From contig JBEHYT010000005.1 of assembly GCA_048498035.1 (NCBI GenBank), positions 107,919 to 171,918 on the forward strand: 64,000 nucleotides of DNA, written 5' to 3'. The notes beneath the pieces were generated by a model. The model did not search any database and was not told the DNA's origin. It saw only the letters and a list, made by a program, of their open reading frames with translations. A program made the position numbers and the translations under genes. Every line of letters starts with the position of its first letter. Positions within the stretch are counted from its first letter, which is position 1. This document shows positions 45,431 through 53,673 of the stretch, one piece after another. The stretch comes from Bacteroidota bacterium. GTDB lineage: Bacteria > Bacteroidota > Bacteroidia > Chitinophagales > Chitinophagaceae.

Positions 45431-48400
45431 TTATAATTTTATTCCCCGGCTCTTTCTTATCCGTAAAACCGGGTCTTGTTTTTTGGTGACCGCTTCCATT
45501 TTAATAACCGGCGTTTCTTTCAGATCTTCTGCTTCCACTAATTCAGGTGTTTCTTTCTCCTTATGCTCCTGCTCTTGTTTTAATTTGTTTTCCTGTATTG
45601 TCAGGCTTATCTCTCTTTCAAGTCTTGACAGATCCTGCTTCATTGTTTTAAGTGCTTCCTCTTTCTCAAAAGGTTTTTCGATCAGGCTGCGCAGTACAGG
45701 CATATTGATATTCAGTTCCTGCAATTCTTTTAGATATTGATCTCTGATTTTCGAAACCCGGTCTACAGCATTTATGAAATGCCGGGCAGCAATCTTTGGG
45801 TTATCCGCTGCCGGGTGTCCCTGGTTGTAGGTGTATTTAACACCACCATCTTTATGCTGCACATAAAATGCGTTCTGCATACGGTATAGATACCCGCCTT
45901 TTTCCTGGTAGCTCTCCTGTTGCTGGCGGATATAACAGTCAAACCCATACAAGCTGCCTATCTTATGATCTGTTGTATGCCCATCACCTGGTTTCCAGTT
46001 TTTATAGAGATTGATGATATAGTTGCCGATCTGTTCAGCATCTATACTGGCAATTCCATTTAACTGAATGGGATTTACTTTGCTTCCTTCCTTATCGTAG
46101 GTAAGCTGTGAGGTATACAATTTTTCATCTCTTGTCAGTTGAGATAGCAGGGTTTCAACCGTTGAGTGATCTGCCTCCAGTCTTTCTAAGCGGAACCTTG
46201 ATCTTGCCACTTCCTTGAAGTGAACCGAACGAAGGCTTTCCAGTACCGCAACTTTCTTTTCTAATTTCGATTTTTCCATTAGACTGGTATCGCCCGAGAG
46301 AATAGCTATGTATTCAGAAAAATTCATCCCACTTTTTTCATCCATTGCTCCTTCATCAATACTACGCACATTCAGTTCGCAATTCTTCATTTGAGAAATA
46401 AATGTTTGCTTATTCTTCAGCAAATTGAACTTGTAGTTATCCAGCGATTGTTCCACAGCGTAGATATAATTTTTAACTTCATTGTTATAATATTCTTTAG
46501 CAATCTGATTTCCTTGTCTTGCACCCCGTCCGTTTCTTTGCTCTAGTTCAGAAGGTTTCCAGGGAATATCCAGGTGATGCATTCCTACCACCCGTTGTTG
46601 CACATTGAGTCCGGTTCCGGCTTTATCAGTACTGCCAAGCAATATTCTGATTTGTCCGCTATTCATTTTTCGGAACAGTTCAGGTTTTTTATGATCTGTC
46701 CATTCATGGATGAAAGTAATTTCGTGAGCAGGTATATTATATTCGCTGACTAATTTTTCTTTTAGTGCATCATACAAGTTGAATGTATCCGGTTTAGGAG
46801 TACCGATGTCAGAAAAAATGATCTGCGTTCCCTTATATTCAGTAGTGGCTGCATAAATCTCACTTGTCTTTTTTGCGCAAACACTAATTTTATTGCTGGG
46901 ATGGTCATCATATTTATAAGGATCAATCAGCCGCATATCAGCTGCCATCTTTTTGGCATAGTTGGTAGCGATCAGCATACGGCCTTTATCTTCGTCTTCC
47001 GTCAGAGGTCGTCTTCCGATTAGCGTAGCATCACCTGTCTTCGCAAATGCCATCAGGTTTTTGATAAATTCCTGTTGTTCGTCGCTTGGCTTGATATTGA
47101 CAAGCTCTTCATTTAACTGCGGTTTATCAAGCCGTATATGTTTGGCCGTTTTATAATCGGTAATCTCATTATAGAATAAAGCGAGTTCTGGTACTTTGAT
47201 AAAATGGCGAAACCTTTCTTTAGCAATAATTTCATTGGTGACTGAGAATTCAAAATCGGTAGTCTTCTTTGCAAACACCGCTGCCCATCCGTCAAAGTTT
47301 TCAATCCGCTGACGTTTCATTTCTTCAGGACGGAGATACTTGAACAATAGATACATTTCAGTCAGGCTATTCGATATAGGAGTGCCGGATAAAAAAGTGA
47401 CACAGAGATCTGAATTGAATTTCGATTGCAGTTCACGAACGGCGAACAGCATATTTAGTGCCTTCTGACTCCCTTCCATATTACCAAGTCCTGCCACCCG
47501 GTTATGACGGGTAGTAAATGTGAGATTCTTAAATTTATGTGATTCATCTACGAACAGGTGATCAATACCAAGCTCTTTAAAGTTGATATCGGTGTCTTTT
47601 TTACTTTCGATTTTATGCAGGACAACCTGCAAGTTGATATTCAGATTATTTTTTCTTACTTCAAGTCCTTTCAGCATTTTCTTGGAAATACTGCCGCCAA
47701 GCTCTTTTAGAGTCTGTAGATCCTGTTCCACGTTTTCCAGTTCCGCTTCGAGGATTTGTTTTTGTATCTCCGGTGACTGCGGAATTTTTCCAAACTGATC
47801 ATGCGTAAGTATGATGCAATCCCAGTTATTATTTTTAATTGCATGAAATAAACGCTGTCTCTTAGCCGGTGTAAAATCATTTTCACCGGGGTAAAGAAAT
47901 TTAGCGGAAGGATACGCTTTCCGGTATGCATCGGCAATTTGAGATACATTGGCTTTTAACGCAATGATCATCGGTTTATGTACAATGCCAAGGCGTTTCA
48001 TTTCGTGGGCGGCAACGACCATCGTAAGTGTTTTGCCAAGCCCTACTTCATGATCTATTAATGCACCTCTGTTTTGTATGATACGCCAGGCAGCGTTTTT
48101 CTGTGAGTCATAGAGGTCGGCAATACCCAATGCATTCCGGTCAAGTCCGGGAAAACTCAAGTGATGTCCATTGTATTCCCTTAGTACATAACAATTAAAA
48201 GTATCGTTGTACAGTTGTTCAATAAACTTCTTATCTTTTTCCGGTAGTTCATTTAGCCATTCCACAAACTTTTGCCGGATGGATTCAATCTTCTGATGGG
48301 CTAACTGTGTTGCTTCATTATCAGGCTTCCTGATTTTATTGTCACCCGAGCCTACTTCATATGTAAAGAAAGGTGCTGTATTTTCCAATGCATGTTCCAT

Positions 48401-50932
48401 CGTGACATAGCCATACATGGTTTTGCCACTTTTTGGCGTTACGGCAAATTCCTCATTCACCTTTGCATTGTTATGGCCGGGAATAACTTTAAAGCTGTCA
48501 ACAGAAGAAAGATAATTGACGGTTGTATCCGTTTCAAATAGCTGGCTGGCAAAACGCTGATAATAATCAATCGGCATCCATCGTTCACCCATATTGAAAT
48601 CGAGTAATTCAAAAGGTATTTTCTCTGGCTGAACTTTGGTTATTGCTTCGAGACTTCTATGTAACTGTTTATCTTTTATATCAGCTTCTTTTGCAACTGT
48701 GAGCTTGGCAACAACATTTCCACTTAGGTATTGATCTGCTGTTTCCCAATTGTTGGAAGCTGGATTTAAATAGATATGTTGCTCTAAGGCTGCGATGGTT
48801 TCACCTTCTGTGTTACCAGTAGTCTTTGCGATAAAATCTATTTCTACTCTGCCTCTTTCATTCAGGCAATGTGCCAAAGCTTCAGCAGGATCATCCGTTG
48901 TAAATGTTTCCTGTTTTTTAAATAATGGCTGAAAGAAAATATCTGCTTTAATAAATTGGTCACCTTCTTTTCTTTCAAGTGAAGACAGCGTAATAAATCC
49001 TAACGAATCATCTAGTATATGCTTTCTGTTAGAACTTTGATTGAGCAGGCCATGCTGTACCTGGAATTTTTGGTAGGCCCCATTTAATTCTTTACGAAGT
49101 GACGTATTTTCTGTACCTGCCGCATTCTCTTTATCTACCAATATAAAATACAGATCCCTTACCTGTACATATTGCTGGTAGAATGAAGAGTTTTTTCCAT
49201 TGAGTGAAAACGCTTTGAATTCAGCCTGGTTATGTTCATTATCGATGTTGTGAATAGTACCGGCAGTTCCGTTATGAATGACAATTGTACCATCTCTGTA
49301 ATGCGGTTTCAGCTCATTGAAAAATTCTGTAGGACGGGACAACCCGAATGATGATTCAAAATGTTTTTCCCCTTCATACCTGAAATCATAACGGTAATCC
49401 TTCAGTTGCAGGGAAATACTTTCTAAGTCCCTGACTAATCCCGACCCGGTCAGCCAGTTGCGGGAAGTAATGATTTCACTTAAGTTGGATTGGAGGCGGT
49501 AAATGTAAAACGGGCGATTTTTCTCTTTGGCAGTCAGCAAAACAATACTTTCATGTTCTGGCTTTTCAGTAGTCTTTACAAATGCAGCTACCCTGACAGT
49601 CTGTTTTTGAATAATAGTTTGATCACCGTCATTTATATAGGCCATGGCACGGTTCACATTCTCAGCCGCTCCTGAATCAAATAAACCCAGCTGCACTCCT
49701 TCGACATCAACTTTATCTTCAGGAAGAGGAAGAAAAGTCAATTCCTTTCCTTCTTTAATTGCTTGACTCAGTTGTATACGTTGATAATGCTCTTGGTTGA
49801 ACCTTGAAGAAAATCCATCCTCAATTGTTGCAGCAAGTTTTTCAGCTATTCCATTAATATCTTTCTGCCAAACTTCGAGATGGGCATTCCCATATTGATT
49901 TTTTCCTGCTTTTATTTCATCAGCACAGATTATTTCAGGATGAGTTTCTATATATTGATTGAGATAGTATTTCCCAAACTCATTTTCCAGTTCGATTGTG
50001 TCAAGCAATAATTGTTCATCATCCGATAAATTATTCTTAGCAGAATTCTTTTGAACAATAAGTAGATGATTGGGTGCCTCCGTGTTGCCAGTGTCTTTCA
50101 TCAGGTTATCCGGCATTACAGCAAGGCTGATAAAATCCGATTTAGAAAAAAGATATTCCCGTACTGCTTTATTAGACGGACTGTTTAAAAAGGCATCTGT
50201 AGTTATATAGGCCATGATGCCGCCATCAGAAAGTTTGTCCAGTCCTTTTGCAAAAAAATAATTGTGTATTTTACCTGATATAGCTGCGTCAGGAAAGTTA
50301 GTATCGTGTACCAGGAAGTTTCCAAAAGGAATATTACTGACAACAAGATCATATTTACTGTTCTCCCTGTCCGGTGTTTCTTCAAAGCCACTGATATGCG
50401 TGATTGATTGAACCGGCAATGCACTGCACATGGCCTGCAATACCTTCCCGGTCAATACATCTTTTTCAACTGCTGTTATTTTTTGTAAATCATTGAAGGC
50501 TGAAACTGCTTCACTGATAAAAACGCCTGCACCGGCACTAGGTTCATATAAACCTTTAACTGCTATATTATGTTCCTGTAATACTTTATATAAAGTTTGA
50601 GGGACAACAGGTGGTGTATAAAAGGCAGTGAGTACGCTGTTCTTTAATGACTGGACAACTTGCTTATATACTGTATCACTGAATGTTGATTTCAACAACT
50701 CGTGTAATTCCTGGATACTCTTGTACAACCGTAGATCTACTTTTGTCGCTCCCTGTTTTATCCACTCTTCTTTCGGTCCGTCTGGATAAAGTATAGCTTT
50801 AATTCCTCCAAAGCCACTATAGCGTTGTAGCTGCACCAATTCATCTGCCGATGGAGTATGACCATCCAGTGCAATTCGTATTGCTGCAATATTATCGTTC
50901 AGTTTATGTAATGCATTATAAGCCATACTCAC
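45431..50932 (-). CDS. Giant N6-adenine DNA methyltransferase fused to an SNF2/DEAD-like helicase (DarB-like architecture)
   Basis: 1,833 aa. Methyltransferase motif I is EPSAGAGVF and motif IV is SNIPFGN. Helicase motif I is VGLGKT, II is [12 protein letters not shown] is LSGTPISNS and VI is [11 protein letters not shown]. The C-terminus is coiled-coil and basic. Confidence 0.88.
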   Translation of the reverse strand: MSMAYNALHKLNDNIAAIRIALDGHTPSADELVQLQRYSGFGGIKAILYPDGPKEEWIKQGATKVDLRLYKSIQELHELLKSTFSDTVYKQVVQSLKNSVLTAFYTPPVVPQTLYKVLQEHNIAVKGLYEPSAGAGVFISEAVSAFNDLQKITAVEKDVLTGKVLQAMCSALPVQSITHISGFEETPDRENSKYDLVVSNIPFGNFLVHDTNFPDAAISGKIHNYFFAKGLDKLSDGGIMAYITTDAFLNSPSNKAVREYLFSKSDFISLAVMPDNLMKDTGNTEAPNHLLIVQKNSAKNNLSDDEQLLLDTIELENEFGKYYLNQYIETHPEIICADEIKAGKNQYGNAHLEVWQKDINGIAEKLAATIEDGFSSRFNQEHYQRIQLSQAIKEGKELTFLPLPEDKVDVEGVQLGLFDSGAAENVNRAMAYINDGDQTIIQKQTVRVAAFVKTTEKPEHESIVLLTAKEKNRPFYIYRLQSNLSEIITSRNWLTGSGLVRDLESISLQLKDYRYDFRYEGEKHFESSFGLSRPTEFFNELKPHYRDGTIVIHNGTAGTIHNIDNEHNQAEFKAFSLNGKNSSFYQQYVQVRDLYFILVDKENAAGTENTSLRKELNGAYQKFQVQHGLLNQSSNRKHILDDSLGFITLSSLERKEGDQFIKADIFFQPLFKKQETFTTDDPAEALAHCLNERGRVEIDFIAKTTGNTEGETIAALEQHIYLNPASNNWETADQYLSGNVVAKLTVAKEADIKDKQLHRSLEAITKVQPEKIPFELLDFNMGERWMPIDYYQRFASQLFETDTTVNYLSSVDSFKVIPGHNNAKVNEEFAVTPKSGKTMYGYVTMEHALENTAPFFTYEVGSGDNKIRKPDNEATQLAHQKIESIRQKFVEWLNELPEKDKKFIEQLYNDTFNCYVLREYNGHHLSFPGLDRNALGIADLYDSQKNAAWRIIQNRGALIDHEVGLGKTLTMVVAAHEMKRLGIVHKPMIIALKANVSQIADAYRKAYPSAKFLYPGENDFTPAKRQRLFHAIKNNNWDCIILTHDQFGKIPQSPEIQKQILEAELENVEQDLQTLKELGGSISKKMLKGLEVRKNNLNINLQVVLHKIESKKDTDINFKELGIDHLFVDESHKFKNLTFTTRHNRVAGLGNMEGSQKALNMLFAVRELQSKFNSDLCVTFLSGTPISNSLTEMYLLFKYLRPEEMKRQRIENFDGWAAVFAKKTTDFEFSVTNEIIAKERFRHFIKVPELALFYNEITDYKTAKHIRLDKPQLNEELVNIKPSDEQQEFIKNLMAFAKTGDATLIGRRPLTEDEDKGRMLIATNYAKKMAADMRLIDPYKYDDHPSNKISVCAKKTSEIYAATTEYKGTQIIFSDIGTPKPDTFNLYDALKEKLVSEYNIPAHEITFIHEWTDHKKPELFRKMNSGQIRILLGSTDKAGTGLNVQQRVVGMHHLDIPWKPSELEQRNGRGARQGNQIAKEYYNNEVKNYIYAVEQSLDNYKFNLLKNKQTFISQMKNCELNVRSIDEGAMDEKSGMNFSEYIAILSGDTSLMEKSKLEKKVAVLESLRSVHFKEVARSRFRLERLEADHSTVETLLSQLTRDEKLYTSQLTYDKEGSKVNPIQLNGIASIDAEQIGNYIINLYKNWKPGDGHTTDHKIGSLYGFDCYIRQQQESYQEKGGYLYRMQNAFYVQHKDGGVKYTYNQGHPAADNPKIAARHFINAVDRVSKIRDQYLKELQELNINMPVLRSLIEKPFEKEEALKTMKQDLSRLEREISLTIQENKLKQEQEHKEKETPELVEAEDLKETPVIKMEAVTKKQDPVLRIRKSRGIKL

Positions 50933-51372
50933 TATTCGCCGTTCACTTTAAAATATTCGTGCACCGCACCTACTACTGCATAGCGCAGGTACCGGTCATT
51001 CTCATTTTCTTCAGAGAAATTCAGCTCATGAAAAACAGGATCGCAGACGCTAATCAGGTTGATAATTTCAGTTTGCAGTATGCCTGTGTGATGAAACCTT
51101 CCAAATTCGCCGGGAAATTCATCCTCCAGTATTGCTTTGAGATAATTATATCGGGAGGGCTTTAATTGCCTGGTCATTTCCTCCATGCAACGCTCTTCGA
51201 TAACCGTTGCCGGTTTATTATCAGCGACCAGTTGATCGATCAGACCTTCAATGAAGACTACGTTCTCATGCAAGTAGTCCGTTACCCTGTTTTCCTCTTC
51301 CAGCGTCAGAAACAGATCAGGATTATTATCGCGTACATAATCATGTAACTTCCTTATCAGTATTTCTTGCAT
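50932..51372 (-). CDS. Hypothetical acidic protein, translationally coupled to the methylase-helicase
   Basis: 146-aa ORF. Its last stop-codon base at 50932 is shared with the start codon of the downstream giant gene. No motif is recognised. Confidence 0.55.
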   Translation of the reverse strand: MQEILIRKLHDYVRDNNPDLFLTLEEENRVTDYLHENVVFIEGLIDQLVADNKPATVIEERCMEEMTRQLKPSRYNYLKAILEDEFPGEFGRFHHTGILQTEIINLISVCDPVFHELNFSEENENDRYLRYAVVGAVHEYFKVNGE

Positions 51373-51396
51373 ACCAGCTGTTTTAATGTTTGGTCA

Positions 51397-52617
51397 TTAG
51401 TATACGTTGACAATCTTTTGGAAATACCTTTCAGTAGCCGACCAGAGTACCAACTGATATACACCAGGAGGAAGTCCTGTTATGTCAATTTGCCTGCTGA
51501 TATCGCCTCCGCTATGAGTTAACAGCGTTTGTTTTATTTGCTGTCCCTGAGTATTGATGATGGAAAGAATATAGCGGCCTTGCTCAGCATTAGTTAATCG
51601 AAAACTAAACTGGCCATTGGTTACCGGGTTCGGGTTAACAAGAAAATGCTGCGGTTTATTTGCTTTCGTAAGGTTGATAATCCTGCTGTAAAGAAAACTG
51701 CCATTTGTTTCCATTGCTTTTACTCTGTAATAATCTTTGTAATCAAGCTGCACTGATATTGATGTATAATCTGCCCTGCCACCATTATTTCCGGTTGGTA
51801 AAACAGTTGCTATAGAATGGAAGGTTATTCCATCAGCGGACCGCTCAATCTCATAGCGCAGAATATCCGACTCTGTTAAATTAGACCAGGAGATAGTCAC
51901 CTTATCTGACGCATCAATTTCTCCTTTTACATTTGCAAATTTTACGGGGAGGATTACAATGGTAGTTGCTGAATCATGTGGAAGCACACCTCTTATTACT
52001 AATTGTTGTGTACTCCCTGCGCAGGCAAAAGAATACCAATTATACGGAGCGGTTGGAATTACTGGCCAGGAAAAATTCACATTACCGGGTACACTTGCAT
52101 ACGGGTGCTGCCCAACAAAATAATAAGGAAGACAAACATTGGGTGCGGTAAAGCTTTCGTTGACGAGGGTGGAGTTACTAGGATCGGGTTCCCAATAGGA
52201 AACTCCGATAAAGCCACAATCCAGTTCATGTCCATTCACAACATAGTGTGTGGCGGCATTGGGATCACAATCAATATAATTGGGGAAATAAGAATTATAG
52301 TATGCGACCGCTTTAGGTGCGGTGTATAAATAACCCGGATAATTATTGCCGCTTGAATCAAGTACTCCACCCATTAAACTACCGTATTGCAGCCCCATCT
52401 TATAAACCCATATATCGTAATTGGATAATGAAGCCGGTATATATTGCCCGGAAGCAGTGACTTCGTAAAAAGCAAGTATCAAACGGTTTTCCCGTGTCGG
52501 AGGATTTGGAGAATTATCAACAAGTCTGGTTTCAGTGTACCTCGCTTTTACACCGATGTATTGCGAAAAGCAATTACAGGAAATAAATAACAGTAAAGTA
52601 AAAAATAAAGTTTTCAT
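51397..52617 (-). CDS. Secreted protein with a T9SS type-A C-terminal sorting domain
   Basis: Signal peptide MKTLFFTLLLFISCNCFSQ, an Ig/FN3-like middle (VTISWSNLTESDILRYEIERSADG) and a C-terminal Por-secretion-tail pattern (LVNPNPVTNGQFSFRL...GRYILSIINTQGQQI...LPPGVYQLVL...KIVNVY). Confidence 0.8.
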   Translation of the reverse strand: MKTLFFTLLLFISCNCFSQYIGVKARYTETRLVDNSPNPPTRENRLILAFYEVTASGQYIPASLSNYDIWVYKMGLQYGSLMGGVLDSSGNNYPGYLYTAPKAVAYYNSYFPNYIDCDPNAATHYVVNGHELDCGFIGVSYWEPDPSNSTLVNESFTAPNVCLPYYFVGQHPYASVPGNVNFSWPVIPTAPYNWYSFACAGSTQQLVIRGVLPHDSATTIVILPVKFANVKGEIDASDKVTISWSNLTESDILRYEIERSADGITFHSIATVLPTGNNGGRADYTSISVQLDYKDYYRVKAMETNGSFLYSRIINLTKANKPQHFLVNPNPVTNGQFSFRLTNAEQGRYILSIINTQGQQIKQTLLTHSGGDISRQIDITGLPPGVYQLVLWSATERYFQKIVNVY

Positions 52618-52642
52618 AAGTCTTGATTTATTGATTAAAAAA

Positions 52643-52954
52643 TTATACTCCGAAGAAGGATCTGATTACTGTTGCTACTACAACCAGGAATACACAGGAG
52701 CCAAACCATGCTGCTGCAACCTTGCCGGTATCAGGATCGCCGCTATTCCATTTACTGTACACCTTTACGGCGCCAATTAAACCCAATACGGCACCAACAG
52801 CATACATAAGGTTAGTGCCAGCAGCGAAATAACTTCTCACTTTTGTATTGGCTTCATTGATACCCGCATTACCATCTTGTGCGTACAGCACTGCACTGGC
52901 TAACAAAAGGATTATCATTAATAAGAATCGATTCAGGTTCACATTAACTTTCAT
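52643..52954 (-). CDS. traE: Conjugative transposon protein TraE (DUF4134-type, VirB2-like pilin candidate)
   Basis: 103 aa with a signal peptide and two TM segments. Includes LMYAVGAVLGLIGAVKVYSKWNSGDPD, typical of TraE. Confidence 0.85.
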   Translation of the reverse strand: MKVNVNLNRFLLMIILLLASAVLYAQDGNAGINEANTKVRSYFAAGTNLMYAVGAVLGLIGAVKVYSKWNSGDPDTGKVAAAWFGSCVFLVVVATVIRSFFGV

Positions 52955-53004
52955 ACACTGTTCTTAATTATTATTTAATAAGATGCTCCATGCACTTTCA
53001 GCCA

Positions 53005-53427
53005 TCACTTACCAACCCATACCTGTTCCAGGTCTCCCTCGTCTAAGTGCATGGAGCAATTTGCTTGGCATTCATAGGTAATAATTTTACCAAGCCGTTC
53101 TTTTAAGCCCGGTGTTTGGGCTGTATCAAATCTGGCGGCGCTAAGCAGTTGTTGCAATGAAACAATAATTTCTCCCTTCGACAGACGGCTGTAACCTGCC
53201 TGGTGAATAAGTGCCTTGACTTCATCTGACAAATGAATGGCTGCTTCTTTTTCGTTATAGTCATCATCGTTTTCACGCCCTTTGTCTTTGTTTCGCCCGG
53301 AGGTGAGCATTTGTGCGATATCTTTTCTGTAATACAAGTACAGTACGAAAGCGTAATAGATGACAAGCAGAACTGCAATCGTTGAAATATAGCTTTGCCA
53401 GGAAATGGAAGAAAACATAAACCGCAA
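53005..53427 (-). CDS. Hypothetical membrane-anchored protein, first gene of the tra-strand block
   Basis: 140 aa with one N-terminal TM segment (ISTIAVLLVIYYAFVLYLYY), located upstream of traE. No motif is recognised. Confidence 0.55.
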   Translation of the reverse strand: MRFMFSSISWQSYISTIAVLLVIYYAFVLYLYYRKDIAQMLTSGRNKDKGRENDDDYNEKEAAIHLSDEVKALIHQAGYSRLSKGEIIVSLQQLLSAARFDTAQTPGLKERLGKIITYECQANCSMHLDEGDLEQVWVGK

Positions 53428-53432
53428 TTTTA

Positions 53433-53481
53433 GTGTTCAGAATTTTTTTGCGATACAGCATGTTTTGTTGTATCAGAACAC
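53433..53481. promoter_or_regulatory. Nested inverted repeat just upstream of the tra-strand block
   Basis: Outer arms GTGTTC (53433..53438) and GAACAC (53476..53481) enclose GATACA (53452..53457), 11 nt, and TGTATC (53469..53474). It lies 6 to 54 nt upstream of the start at 53427. Confidence 0.45.
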
Positions 53482-53508
53482 AAACATACTTGGCGGAATT
53501 ACCGGTTT

Positions 53509-53536
53509 GGGTGAAGCAGGGTGAACCAAGGGTGAA
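53509..53536 (+). repeat. Three helically phased GGGTGAA direct repeats
   Basis: GGGTGAA occurs at 53509, 53519 and 53530 (spacing 10 and 11 bp) in the divergent intergenic region. Confidence 0.6.
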
Positions 53537-53657
53537 TTGCGGAAAGTGGTTATAATCAACCGGGAAACACAAAAAGATCCGAATCAGCAGAATTTCATGA
53601 TTTCTTTCTTCAATCAAATGGTTGTAAATCAACAGCTAATAAAATTAGTGTATTAAA

Positions 53658-53672
53658 ACTAAAATAATTAGT
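53658..53672. promoter_or_regulatory. ACTAA-N5-TTAGT palindrome (copy 1), abutting the DnaE2-like start codon
   Basis: ACTAAAATAATTAGT. The 17-mer ACTAAAATAATTAGTAA is repeated exactly at 60840..60856. Confidence 0.5.
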
Positions 53673-53673
53673 A

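Noticed and set aside
53273-53632. A 119-aa minus-strand ORF (and 53103..53378) across the tra/polymerase control region
   Set aside because: It overlaps the 140-aa membrane-protein gene in another frame and runs through repeat-rich intergenic DNA. It has no protein-like features.
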